Positions 9,843 to 19,149 of a stretch of 32,000 nt of DNA are shown here, one piece after another. The notes beneath the pieces are model-generated. The model was not told where the DNA came from. It ran no database searches and saw only the letters and a list, made by a program, of their open reading frames with translations. The stretch comes from Halomicronema sp. (GTDB taxonomy: Bacteria > Cyanobacteriota > Cyanobacteriia > Cyanobacteriales > Oscillatoriaceae), in NCBI GenBank assembly GCA_036704045.1, contig DATNQM010000009.1, forward strand, positions 43,563 to 75,562. Direction: 5' to 3'. A program made the position numbers and the translations under genes. Each line of letters begins with the position of its first letter. Positions within the stretch are counted from its first letter, which is position 1.

Positions 9843-10400
9843 ATGAAATTATCTAAATTACAAAGATTATTTTTCCTTGTTATTCCCAGTCTTTTTGTTG
9901 GGTTTGGTGGAGGAATATTACAGGCAAACGCAGCCGAAAAAGTAGTAATTAAGGCCGGCTTTCATCAGGCATCTATCCCCTTAGAAGACTTGCAAAATTT
10001 TGCTGAAACCGGCCAAGTTTCCCCTGCCTTAGAAGATATCCTCAGCGCCTCTAAAAGCGATAGCGAAAGAACCCGCCAAGCACTAACTAAAGAAGTGCCG
10101 GTGAATTTAGTATGGGCAGATAAAGCCCTCAATCATCCCTTGGGAGAAATGCTACTCGATCAAATTTCTGTAGTCATTCATCCGCCCACAACTACAGCAA
10201 ACCGGGCTGCATTACGCTCAGCAATTGTACTTTCTGCCGGTGAAGATAATCAAGTTTCGCTTTTAGAAATTATTGAAAATTATCCAGCTTCCGAATTGCA
10301 CATTGAGGGAGAGCGTATTGTAGAAGCTTCCGAAAAATTGGGCCGGTTAAGCCAAGGAGTCAAAGAAGCTATGAGGAAAATTCCTGATATTTTTCGTTAA
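9843..10400 (+). CDS. Secreted DUF1400-type (alpha/beta hydrolase N-terminal domain) cyanobacterial protein
   Basis: Signal peptide ending ANAAEKV, followed by a short domain with VVIKAGFHQASIPLEDLQNFAETGQVSPAL. The assignment rests on family recognition only. Confidence 0.6.
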   Translation: MKLSKLQRLFFLVIPSLFVGFGGGILQANAAEKVVIKAGFHQASIPLEDLQNFAETGQVSPALEDILSASKSDSERTRQALTKEVPVNLVWADKALNHPLGEMLLDQISVVIHPPTTTANRAALRSAIVLSAGEDNQVSLLEIIENYPASELHIEGERIVEASEKLGRLSQGVKEAMRKIPDIFR

Positions 10401-10402
10401 GC

Positions 10403-10501
10403 TATAGCATTTTTCTATCTGGTGAGGTACGATTGAACCCCCAACCCCCTTATTAAGGGGGGTTGGGGGGTTTTTGCTTGATATGATTGAAAACAGCTAT
10501 A
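10403..10501. repeat. Imperfect palindromic intergenic element, copy 2, with a C/G-rich terminator-like core
   Basis: TATAGCATTTTTCTATCTG ... CCCCCAACCCCCttattaaGGGGGGTTGGGGGG ... TATGATTGAAAACAGCTATA. It begins 2 nt after the stop of the preceding gene. Confidence 0.78.
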
Positions 10502-10546
10502 GGCAGGGAAAAATTAAAAAAATTCAGATTTTACCCACCCTAAAAA

Positions 10547-11122
10547 TTAAGGTTTTGGAGGCAACAAAACCTGATCAATTACCACAAAAGTAATTGTATT
10601 ATCGCTTTTATTTTTGATATTAAAGCAATCATCAACCGGCTTCGCATTATTCAAAGTAATTTGGTTTGCGCCTGCATTTACACCCAGACTAACCACATTA
10701 CCTTCTAAAGTTTTGACCTTTCCCGCTTCGATATCAGCTTCTGTCACTTTTCCTGCCACCAAATGATAAGACAAAACTTTTGCTAGTTGCGGTTTATCTT
10801 TCATCAACTGCTCTAAAGTACCGGCCGGCAAAGCCTCAAAAGCCTCATCAGTTGGCGCAAAAATAGTAAATGGCCCCCCTTCATTCAAAGTATTAACTAA
10901 CTCTGGAGTTTCCTCTAAAAGTTGTGCAAACTTACTAAAACCCAACTGTTTAAACTGCCCAATTAAAGAACCGGCACGAGCCGGATAATAAGCACCCGGA
11001 CTAAAAAAACTCGGCCCATAATAATACTGTGCCAGCACCGCGCCACTATTAGCCAAACTAACCGTTATAACTCCCATAAATCCAGCTATTTTCAGCAGTA
11101 AACTTTGATATGTAGCCTTCAT
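10547..11122 (-). CDS. Secreted fasciclin (FAS1) domain protein
   Basis: Signal peptide, then EGGPFTIFAPTDEAFEALPAGTLEQLMKDKPQLAKVLSYHLVAGKVT; FAS1 H1/H2-like motifs. Confidence 0.93.
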   Translation of the reverse strand: MKATYQSLLLKIAGFMGVITVSLANSGAVLAQYYYGPSFFSPGAYYPARAGSLIGQFKQLGFSKFAQLLEETPELVNTLNEGGPFTIFAPTDEAFEALPAGTLEQLMKDKPQLAKVLSYHLVAGKVTEADIEAGKVKTLEGNVVSLGVNAGANQITLNNAKPVDDCFNIKNKSDNTITFVVIDQVLLPPKP

Positions 11123-11247
11123 AAATACCTCAATTTTATTTAGGAAAAATTTCTAAATATTTTCACAAATATCCACAAATAAAGACGCTAATTTTTGCCT
11201 TTAAGTTCCTTTATTTTTTGGTAAAAATTGCAAAAAAATTGCAGGCA

Positions 11248-11847
11248 TTAAAATACTTGTGGTTGCGTAGACAATTGCCTCAGCACTTTATCAACAATTA
11301 CCACAACCACATCATTATTTCGGGAATTTTTAACAACCAGAGGTTCCCCGGCCAATTTTGCATAATAATTAATTATAAATTGTTTACCAAAAACCACCTC
11401 TTGTAAGCGCAAGGACAGACCAGAAAGCGTTTTAACTTCTCTGGCTTTAATATCAGATTCCGAGATATAACCGGCCACTAAATGGTAAGACAAAAAATCC
11501 AATAACTTCTCCTGATTTTCCGGTTTAATCAACTCTTCAAACCGCTGATCACCAAATTCTTCAAACGCCGCATCTGTAGGAGCAATAATTGTTAGAGATT
11601 CGCCGTTATTAATTCGATCTGCCAACTCTTTTGGAGCTTTTGCTAACAGAGAAGCAAATTTTTTACAACCTATTTGTTTTAGTTGAGCCAAAAGCGGCCC
11701 GCGAGTAGGAGAATAGACAACAGGGCTAAAAATACTAGGGCCGTAATAATATTGGGCAGCAGCCGGCCACCCTACCAAAGCAGCCGCCACAATTACCATC
11801 AAATATCCTAAATTTTTTAACTTATATTTCCGATTTTGGATAAGCAT
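11248..11847 (-). CDS. Secreted fasciclin (FAS1) domain protein, divergent paralog
   Basis: YYYGPSIFSPVVYSPTRGPLLAQLKQIGCKKF...NGESLTIIAPTDAAFEEF...KLLDFLSYHLVAGYIS; shares the YYYGPS-F-SP N-terminal segment with the 10547-11122 product. Confidence 0.9.
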   Translation of the reverse strand: MLIQNRKYKLKNLGYLMVIVAAALVGWPAAAQYYYGPSIFSPVVYSPTRGPLLAQLKQIGCKKFASLLAKAPKELADRINNGESLTIIAPTDAAFEEFGDQRFEELIKPENQEKLLDFLSYHLVAGYISESDIKAREVKTLSGLSLRLQEVVFGKQFIINYYAKLAGEPLVVKNSRNNDVVVVIVDKVLRQLSTQPQVF

Positions 11848-12169
11848 TATTGTTTTTCCTTAGCTAGAAAGCTTTTTAAAAACCCTTGTATTGTTGAATT
11901 GTCGCTTATGAAAAAACCCAAATAAAATCTAAACTCCAGTTTACCATCGCCATTGCGGAGATGTCGAATCGCTGAACCGGCCTTACAAACCAGATTACTG
12001 CGATGCCAATAGCTTCAAAATTAACCCAATTTTTAAAAAGACTAACCGGCCTTCCAAACCAAAATTATGCAATAACCATTCTATCCCCATAAATATTTTC
12101 AAAACAAAACCGACTTCTCCTTAAAGAAATCGGTTTAATTAAAATTGCTTAAATTTTATTCAGTTAGCC

Positions 12170-12775
12170 CTAAAGCGTAGGAGGCACAATGACCGTATCA
12201 ATAACGTGAATAACGCCATTGCTTGCTTCAAGATCCGCCGAGATCACATTGGCTTGATTAACCATCACCTTACCGCCATTAAGGTTAACCATCACCGGGC
12301 TACCTTCAACAGTTGTAACATTGCCGTTTTTGAGCTCATTAGACATCACAGAACCAGAAACCACATGATAGGTCAAAACCTTGACTAATTTAGCCTTATT
12401 TTCTGGTTTGAGGAGCATTTCCAAAGTGCCGGGTGCCTGCTTTTCTAAAGCTGCAAAAGCAGCATCAGTAGGAGCAAAAACCGTAAACGGGCCTTCTCCT
12501 GAAAGAGTATCCACCAAACCGGCCGCTTTCAGAGCACGAGTCAGAGTAGTAAAAGAAGCATTACGGCTAGCAATTTGGACAATATTAGAAGGCTGAGTTG
12601 CCCCCGAAGGCCCGCCGGCCATAGGTTGAGACTGACCTGCTTCTGATGATTTATCACCGCTGTGGTTGTTGCAATTGTCAGCAAACGCTGCGGGGCTGAG
12701 TAACATCATGGTACCTGCTACGGTTACAGCAGCCAGAGCTTTTTTGCCAAACCTAACCAAATTTTGATTTTTCAA
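12170..12775 (-). CDS. Secreted fasciclin (FAS1) domain protein (probable TTG start)
   Basis: [49 protein letters not shown]...[15 protein letters not shown]; aggaga SD upstream of the TTG. Confidence 0.95.
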   Translation of the reverse strand: MKNQNLVRFGKKALAAVTVAGTMMLLSPAAFADNCNNHSGDKSSEAGQSQPMAGGPSGATQPSNIVQIASRNASFTTLTRALKAAGLVDTLSGEGPFTVFAPTDAAFAALEKQAPGTLEMLLKPENKAKLVKVLTYHVVSGSVMSNELKNGNVTTVEGSPVMVNLNGGKVMVNQANVISADLEASNGVIHVIDTVIVPPTL

Positions 12776-12880
12776 GACTTTTGTCTCCTAGTTCTGTAAA
12801 GAGATTGTAAAGATATATTAAACAATATTACACACTTCAACCACTCAACAGGGGGTAAAACCCCTCATAGGAGAATCACC

Positions 12881-13675
12881 GTGTTAGAACTTTATCAATT
12901 TGAAATGTCGCACTACAGCGAAAAAGTCCGACTCATCCTAGACTACAAAGGCTTGCAATACCGAAAAATCGAAGTCACCCCAGGCGTAGGGCAACTGGAA
13001 ATCTACCGGCTGACCGGCCAGCGCCAGGTGCCGATACTCAAAGATGGAAACGTCGTTATTGCCGACTCCACCGCCATCGCCCAATATCTTGACCGGCAAT
13101 ATCCCGACCGGCCCCTCTACCCCAGCAATGCCAAAGAACGAGCTTTGACAACAATTTTAGAAGAATGGGCCGACGAATCTATCGGACAAAAAAGCCGCAA
13201 AGTCTTATTTAGCGGCCTCAGCCAAGACCAAAGTTTCCGCAGCGCCTTACTTCCTACCACGACACCAGATTTTCTAAAAACGTTGGTTGAAGCCGTCCCT
13301 TCAGATATTTTCAAAAGCCTGGGTATCGGACTTGGGGCTTCCCCAGAAGCCGTTAACAGCGCCACCGACAGCATCAAACAAAGTTTGGAGGCACTTTGTA
13401 CGATTCTTAAAGAAGTTCCGTATTTGCTGGGAAATAGCCCAACGGTGGCTGATTTTACAGTAGCCGGTTTGTCGATGTTGTTAAAATTCCCCACCGGCCC
13501 CTATTTAGACTTACCAGAAACTCTGCGGGGCAAAGGAGTTGCAGGAATTGCTGATAACCCAGACTATGAAATCTTTTTCAACTGGCGAGATCGGTTGTAT
13601 GCAGAATACCGGCAGCCGCTAATTCCGACTACCACTTCGTCGAGTAACCGACCTACTTCAATTCAAATCGATTAA
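12881..13675 (+). CDS. Glutathione S-transferase family protein (GTG start)
   Basis: N-terminal thioredoxin-like GST fold MLELYQFEMSHYSEKVRLILDYKGLQYRKIEV...VPILKDGNVVIADSTAIAQYLDRQYPDRPLYP; aggaga SD upstream. Confidence 0.93.
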   Translation: MLELYQFEMSHYSEKVRLILDYKGLQYRKIEVTPGVGQLEIYRLTGQRQVPILKDGNVVIADSTAIAQYLDRQYPDRPLYPSNAKERALTTILEEWADESIGQKSRKVLFSGLSQDQSFRSALLPTTTPDFLKTLVEAVPSDIFKSLGIGLGASPEAVNSATDSIKQSLEALCTILKEVPYLLGNSPTVADFTVAGLSMLLKFPTGPYLDLPETLRGKGVAGIADNPDYEIFFNWRDRLYAEYRQPLIPTTTSSSNRPTSIQID

Positions 13676-13720
13676 TTTTTTCTGTGGGGGCTAAAGTTTA
13701 GTAGCCCAGATATAAAGATG

Positions 13721-13748
13721 GTTCCTGGGCTTTTGCCTGGGAACTTTT
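13721..13748 (+). terminator. Terminator-like hairpin after the GST gene
   Basis: GTTCCTGGGC-TTTT-GCCTGGGAAC followed by ttttat (two wobble pairs). Confidence 0.65.
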
Positions 13749-13847
13749 ATCAACAGATGTAGCGTAGCTTTATTAGAAAAAAAGGGAAATTTTGCTGTTG
13801 ATGCAAAAATCATCTTAAGATGAGCAAAAGAGTTAATAAAGTGTGGC

Positions 13848-15599
13848 ATGAATGCAGACAAGCCGTTAGGCTCAGTAATTCAAGGATCGTTAAGTGAAGG
13901 GCTAGAAGTACGTCTTCACCCGGATGTTTCGGTGGAAGATATGCGAGTTGGGAAGTTTTTGGTGGTGCGTGGGGTGCGTTCCCACTTTTTTTGTATGCTT
14001 ACCGATGTTTCTTTAGGCACATCGAGTCCGCGAATTATGGCAAACCCACCTTTGCCAGAAGATGATTTTTTGCAGGCGGTATTAGCAGGAAGTGGCACCT
14101 ATGGAACGGTTGAACTTTCACCGATGCTGATGTTGACTCCAGAAGTTGCAGAAAATGGCTGGAGTCCTAATACAATTTTAGAAACTGAATCGAAAAAATC
14201 TAAAAAGAAATCGGCAGAAAATTCGGCAGCTTTAGCTTCGTATAAGGCGGCAACAAGTGCACAAATGGAGTTGTTGCCGGTGAAAACAATTCCTAGCCAT
14301 TTTTCCCAAGTTTTTGATGCTACAGAGCGAGATTTTAGGTGTGTTTTTGGTTGGGAAGATGACCCTCTTCGCAAAAATTTTGCGATTGGTCAACCGCTTG
14401 ACATGGAGGTGCCGGTGTGCATAGATTTAAATCGATTTGTAGAGCGTAGTAATGGCGTTTTTGGTAAATCGGGTACCGGCAAATCGTTTTTAACTCGTCT
14501 TTTACTTTCGGGTGTAATTCGCAAACAAGCGGCGGTAAATTTAATTTTTGATATGCACTCGGAGTATGGCTGGGAAGCCATGACAGAGGCGAAACAAGGT
14601 AGTACAGTTAAAGGTTTGCGGCAATTATTTCCTAGTTCGGTAGAAATTTATACTTTAGATCCAGAATCGACTCGCCGGCGGGGAGTAAGAGATGCTCAAG
14701 AATTGTATCTTAGTTACGATCACATTGATGTTGAAGATGTTGCGTTAGTGCAACGCGAGTTAAATATTTCCGATGCGGCGATAGAAAATGCTTTAATTTT
14801 GCGGGGGGAATTTCAGTCTTCTTGGATTAATCAACTTTTGGCAATGGAGAATGAGGAAATCCAGAGTTTTTGTGAGGAGAAACGGGGAAATAAAGCCTCA
14901 ATTATGGCTTTGCAACGTAAGTTGATGAAGTTGAATGACCTCAAATATTTACGTCCTTCTTGCAAGATTAATTATATTGATAAAATCTTACAAAGTTTGA
15001 GTGCAGGTAAGCACGTTATTATTGAGTTTGGTACTCAGTCGAATATGCTTTCTTATATGTTGGCAACAAATATGATTTCTCGCCGCATCCATGAAAGCTA
15101 TGTCAAAAAATCGGAATTATATTTGCAAACAAAAAGTATTAATGACCGGCCCAGACAATTAGTAATTACTATTGAAGAAGCACACCGTTTTTTAGATCCA
15201 GCTTGTGTAAGGTCTACAATTTTTGGGACAATTGCTAGGGAGATGAGGAAATATTTTGTGACGCTTTTAATTGTTGATCAGCGTCCTTCAGGAATTGATA
15301 ATGAGGTGATGTCTCAAATTGGAACTCGGATCACAGCTTTATTAAATGATAATAAAGATATTGATGCAATTTTTACTGGGGTTTCTGGAGGTAATAATTT
15401 AAAATCAGTATTAGCAAAACTCGATTCAAAACAACAAGCTTTAATATTAGGTCATGCTGTACCGATGCCGGTGGTAGTACAAACTCGTCCCTATGATGAG
15501 AAGTTTTATACAGAAATTGGGGATCCAGATTATGAGAAAATGCCAGAAGAAGAATTAATAGCAGCAGCAGAAGCAGCCAAATATGATTTAGGATTTTAA
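13848..15599 (+). CDS. HerA-like / DUF87 AAA ATPase
   Basis: Walker A NGVFGKSGTGKSFLTR, Walker B RQLVITIEEAHRF, late motif LLIVDQRPSGIDNEVMSQIGTRI; N-terminal HAS-barrel-like domain. Confidence 0.88.
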   Translation: MNADKPLGSVIQGSLSEGLEVRLHPDVSVEDMRVGKFLVVRGVRSHFFCMLTDVSLGTSSPRIMANPPLPEDDFLQAVLAGSGTYGTVELSPMLMLTPEVAENGWSPNTILETESKKSKKKSAENSAALASYKAATSAQMELLPVKTIPSHFSQVFDATERDFRCVFGWEDDPLRKNFAIGQPLDMEVPVCIDLNRFVERSNGVFGKSGTGKSFLTRLLLSGVIRKQAAVNLIFDMHSEYGWEAMTEAKQGSTVKGLRQLFPSSVEIYTLDPESTRRRGVRDAQELYLSYDHIDVEDVALVQRELNISDAAIENALILRGEFQSSWINQLLAMENEEIQSFCEEKRGNKASIMALQRKLMKLNDLKYLRPSCKINYIDKILQSLSAGKHVIIEFGTQSNMLSYMLATNMISRRIHESYVKKSELYLQTKSINDRPRQLVITIEEAHRFLDPACVRSTIFGTIAREMRKYFVTLLIVDQRPSGIDNEVMSQIGTRITALLNDNKDIDAIFTGVSGGNNLKSVLAKLDSKQQALILGHAVPMPVVVQTRPYDEKFYTEIGDPDYEKMPEEELIAAAEAAKYDLGF

Positions 15600-15639
15600 C
15601 AAAATTAACTACTGATCAAAAAATAAAATTTATTTGGGG

Positions 15640-15658
15640 GGCAGGCATTTTGCCTGCC
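15640..15658. terminator. Short perfect hairpin between convergent genes
   Basis: GGCAGGC-ATTTT-GCCTGCC. Confidence 0.55.
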
Positions 15659-15677
15659 TTAGATCGGTGGTTAAAAG

Positions 15678-16955
15678 TTACAAAACCTCGCGTCCTAAAT
15701 AGGGTTGTAAAACTTCAGGAATACGAATGGTGCCATTAGCTAATTGATAATTTTCCAAAATTGCAGACATAGTGCGTCCAATAGCTAAACCGGAACCATT
15801 AAGAGTGTGTAAAAATTGAGTGCCTTTTTTACCAGTTTCTTTAAAGCGAATGTTAGCACGTCTAGCTTGAAAATCATGGCAATTTGAGCAACTGGAAATC
15901 TCACGATATTTGCCGGCAGAAGGTAGCCAAACTTCTAAATCGTAGCATTTGGCGGCGCTAAATCCAATGTCGCCGGTGCATAGTTCTAAAATGCGATAGG
16001 GAAGTTTTAATGCTTGTAAAATTGCTTCGGCGTCGGCTACGAGTTTTTGGTGTTCTTGTTCGGAAGTTTCGGGGGAGGTAAACTTAACTAATTCAACTTT
16101 ATTGAATTGGTGGAGACGAATTAAACCGCGTGTATCTTTGCCATAGCTGCCGGCTTCGCGGCGAAAACAAGGAGTATATGCACAGTGATTGATGGGGAGT
16201 TTTTCTGCTTCGAGAATTTCATCTCGGTAGAGGTTTGTGATGGGTACTTCTGCGGTGGGTGCCAACCATAAATCATCTTCGGCACATTTAAAACTTTCTT
16301 CAGAAAATTTAGGTAATTGTCCTGTGCCGGTGAGGGAGGCGGTATTAATTAAAACTGGGGGTATTACTTCGGTGTAACCGGCTTTGATTTGTCGGTCTAA
16401 CATAAAGCTTATTAAAGCACGTTCTAGGGCGGCACCGGCCCCGATTAATGTTACAAATCTACTTTGGGCAATTTTGGCGGAACGTTCAAAGTTTAATATG
16501 CCCATTTTTTCGCCGATTTCCCAATGAGGTAAAACGGAATTTTGGGGGATATATTCGTCTCCCCATCGGCGAATTTCGATGTTTTCATTTTCATCTTTGC
16601 CGACGGGAGTTGTGGCGCTGGGGAGGTTAGGAAATGTTAGGAGTTGGGTTTGAATTTGTTCTTTTAGTTGTTTTTCTTGGGGTTCTAATTCGGAGAGTTG
16701 GGTTTTAAGTTGGTTTCCTTCTTCTTTTAGTGAGATAATTTCTGGATCGTCTGGTTTTGTGCCGGCTTTCATTTTTTGGCCGACTAATTTACCGATTTCG
16801 TTGCTGCGTGCTTGCAGTTGAGAGCGGTTTTTTTCGAGTTCTCTTTGTTGGATGTCTAGTTGTAAGATTGAGTCTAAATTGTAGTTTCCGCCGCGTAGGT
16901 TGAGGCGTTGTTGAATTGCTTCTGGGTTTTCGCGGATTTGTTTAAGATCAAGCAC
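15678..16955 (-). CDS. serS: Seryl-tRNA synthetase (GTG start)
   Basis: [23 protein letters not shown], class II motifs [26 protein letters not shown] and [20 protein letters not shown]. Confidence 0.98.
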   Translation of the reverse strand: MLDLKQIRENPEAIQQRLNLRGGNYNLDSILQLDIQQRELEKNRSQLQARSNEIGKLVGQKMKAGTKPDDPEIISLKEEGNQLKTQLSELEPQEKQLKEQIQTQLLTFPNLPSATTPVGKDENENIEIRRWGDEYIPQNSVLPHWEIGEKMGILNFERSAKIAQSRFVTLIGAGAALERALISFMLDRQIKAGYTEVIPPVLINTASLTGTGQLPKFSEESFKCAEDDLWLAPTAEVPITNLYRDEILEAEKLPINHCAYTPCFRREAGSYGKDTRGLIRLHQFNKVELVKFTSPETSEQEHQKLVADAEAILQALKLPYRILELCTGDIGFSAAKCYDLEVWLPSAGKYREISSCSNCHDFQARRANIRFKETGKKGTQFLHTLNGSGLAIGRTMSAILENYQLANGTIRIPEVLQPYLGREVL

Positions 16956-17099
16956 GAGATTTTGTTGTAATTTTGTGGTTGGCAGTTTATTAGATTATCT
17001 TATCTTGTGGGGGTTGGGCAATGTGTGGGGATGGAGAAAAAGCCGGTGTCACACAACTCAACTGGGATGGTAAGGCATTCTGTCTCCAGTCGCCCCTTA

Positions 17100-18896
17100 C
17101 TACTCTGCCATTAAAATTAACCGTTTTGGGTCTAATTTTACATACCAAGGTAAAGGTTTATCTTTAATTTTATCCCATTGTTCTTTATAAATTTCTGCCT
17201 GTAAATGATAGTCTTGCAAATGGGTGGCGGGGGAATGAAGTTTTAAATAAAGTGTCATTCTAAATGGAGTTTCACTACTTTGGGCTAACCAACAAGGAAA
17301 GGTATTTTTTCCTTCAAAAGAGTCTGTTAAAATTAAGTGATGGGCGCGAATTGCTACCCAAATTAAAGATTCAGAAACCGGCTCAATTACCTGCAATTTA
17401 CAGCCCCAGTCGAGGGCTTCTACAGAATCAGAACTGCGCTTGTTAATTCGAGAAAAATTTTTACAGCCGGTTAATAGCGCAACGGCATAACTAGATGGAT
17501 GTTTAAGAATATTTTCTTTTGGTGCTAAAGCCGCAATTTTGCCCCCATCAACTACCATTAAATTTTGACAAAGGCGATAGGCTTCTTCAAGATTGTGGGT
17601 AACAAATAAGGCAACTCCTTGATAGTTTATCAAGATTTCTTTTAATTGTTTTTCGAGTTGATGGCGTAAATAAGTATCAAGGGCTGAAAAGGGTTCATCT
17701 AATAATAAGGCTGCCGGTTCTATGGCTAGGGCTCTTGCTAAGGCTACCCGTTGTTGTTGTCCGCCAGAAAGTTGATGCGGATAGCGCTTTTCTAAGCCTT
17801 GTAATTGCATTTGGGTGATGTGTTGCTTAACAACTTGGTTTCGTTGATTGTTGGGCAAATTATGCAAGCCAAAGGCAATATTTTGAGCGACATTGAGGTG
17901 GGGAAATAAGGCATAATTTTGAAAAACAATTCCTACGCGGCGCCGGTGGGGGGGGATGTTGATTTTTTGATGAGAATCAAATAAAACTTGATTATTTAAA
18001 ATAATTTTGCCTTGGCTGGGAGTTTCTAAACCGGCAATGCAGCGCAATATCATACTTTTTCCTGCCCCAGATGCGCCTAAAATTCCTAAAGTTTCTATAC
18101 CGGCATTCATGGCAATTTTCAAAGAAAAGCCGGTTAGTTCTTTTTCTATTTCAACTTTTAAAAATTCATTATTGCTGAGAGGTAAAAAAGGTATAAAATG
18201 ATGTTTTTTTATTTTGTTAAGTGGAAGGGTACGACTTATTTTTGATGGCAAGAAATTTAATGTTGTGAGAACAATTAAAGAAATGGCTAAAATAATAATT
18301 ACCCACAGGGAAGCTTGCCTAATATCTCCTGTTTCTACAGCAAAATAAATTGCCATTGGTATTGTTTGGGTTTGCCCAGGAATATTGCCCGCCAGCATTA
18401 AAGTTGCGCCAAATTCACCTAATGCACGGGTAAAAGATAGAAGCGTGCCGGCTAAAATTCCGGGCCATGCTAAGGGTAACATAATATGCCAAAAAACTCT
18501 CCATTCTGATGCTCCTAATGTGCGACCGGCACTCAATAAATTCGTATCAATTTGCTCAAAGGCACCCAAGGATGTTTTATACATTAAAGGAAATGCTACT
18601 ACTGTTGCTGTAATTACAGTGGCCGGCCATGAGAAGATAATATTAATGTTAATTTGTGATAAAATTTTCCCCACCGGCCAGTTTTTTCCAAATAATAATA
18701 ACAATAAAAATCCGACAACTGTAGGCGGCAAAACTAATGGAGAAATTAATAAGCCTTCTATCAAAGGTTTGGCTTTGCCGCGATATTCTAGCATCCATCT
18801 GGCGGTAAAAGTTCCTAAAAAAAAGGTTATAATCGTTGCGGTAGAAGCTGTTTTAAGAGATATCCATAGGGGTGATAAATCGAGTTGATTTTCCAT
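17100..18896 (-). CDS. modBC: Molybdate ABC transporter, ModB permease-ModC ATPase fusion
   Basis: N-terminal ModB-like permease (PLAWPGILAGTLLSFTRALGEFGATLMLAGNIPGQTQTIPMAIY) fused to an ABC ATPase (GASGAGKS, LSGGQQQRVALARALA, LLLDEPFSALD). Confidence 0.95.
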   Translation of the reverse strand: MENQLDLSPLWISLKTASTATIITFFLGTFTARWMLEYRGKAKPLIEGLLISPLVLPPTVVGFLLLLLFGKNWPVGKILSQININIIFSWPATVITATVVAFPLMYKTSLGAFEQIDTNLLSAGRTLGASEWRVFWHIMLPLAWPGILAGTLLSFTRALGEFGATLMLAGNIPGQTQTIPMAIYFAVETGDIRQASLWVIIILAISLIVLTTLNFLPSKISRTLPLNKIKKHHFIPFLPLSNNEFLKVEIEKELTGFSLKIAMNAGIETLGILGASGAGKSMILRCIAGLETPSQGKIILNNQVLFDSHQKINIPPHRRRVGIVFQNYALFPHLNVAQNIAFGLHNLPNNQRNQVVKQHITQMQLQGLEKRYPHQLSGGQQQRVALARALAIEPAALLLDEPFSALDTYLRHQLEKQLKEILINYQGVALFVTHNLEEAYRLCQNLMVVDGGKIAALAPKENILKHPSSYAVALLTGCKNFSRINKRSSDSVEALDWGCKLQVIEPVSESLIWVAIRAHHLILTDSFEGKNTFPCWLAQSSETPFRMTLYLKLHSPATHLQDYHLQAEIYKEQWDKIKDKPLPWYVKLDPKRLILMAE

Positions 18897-18924
18897 TTTT
18901 TTCTGTTGGATATTGGTTTTTTTT

Positions 18925-19095
18925 TCACGCAGAGGGTACGGAGGTAGGCGCAGAGGGCACAGAGGGGGTTTTTTTTGGTAGGAGTGGAATTTCTGTGTTA
19001 ATTATTCTTTTCTGTTATGGCTTAATATTGGGTTTTTTTTTCACGCAGAGGGTACGGAGGTAGGTGCAGAGGGCACAGAGGGGGTTTTTTTTTGG
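18925..19095. repeat. Two tandem near-identical copies (116-bp spacing) of a CACGCAGAGGGTACGGAGGTAGG-YGCAGAGGGCACAGAGGGGG-T(n) repeat
   Basis: Copy 1 begins 18925 and copy 2 begins 19041; one substitution was seen in the ~50-nt core, and flanking TTTTCTGTT...ATATTGG is also duplicated. Confidence 0.88.
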
Positions 19096-19149
19096 TTGTA
19101 TAAATAAGGGTGAATCTGCCTCTACAAAGTTGATTGGTATAAGTTAGGT

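Noticed and set aside
13117-13494. 125-aa '-' ORF
   Set aside because: Antisense shadow of the GST gene.
17264-18888. Several '+' ORFs (17264-17446, 18007-18201, 18385-18888)
   Set aside because: Antisense shadows of modBC. The 167-aa one has no recognisable domain.
18872-19063. 63-aa '+' ORF (HAEGTEVGAEGTEGVFFG)
   Set aside because: The coding potential is an artefact of the duplicated CACGCAGAGGG... repeat, and the ORF lies antisense to the mod operon.
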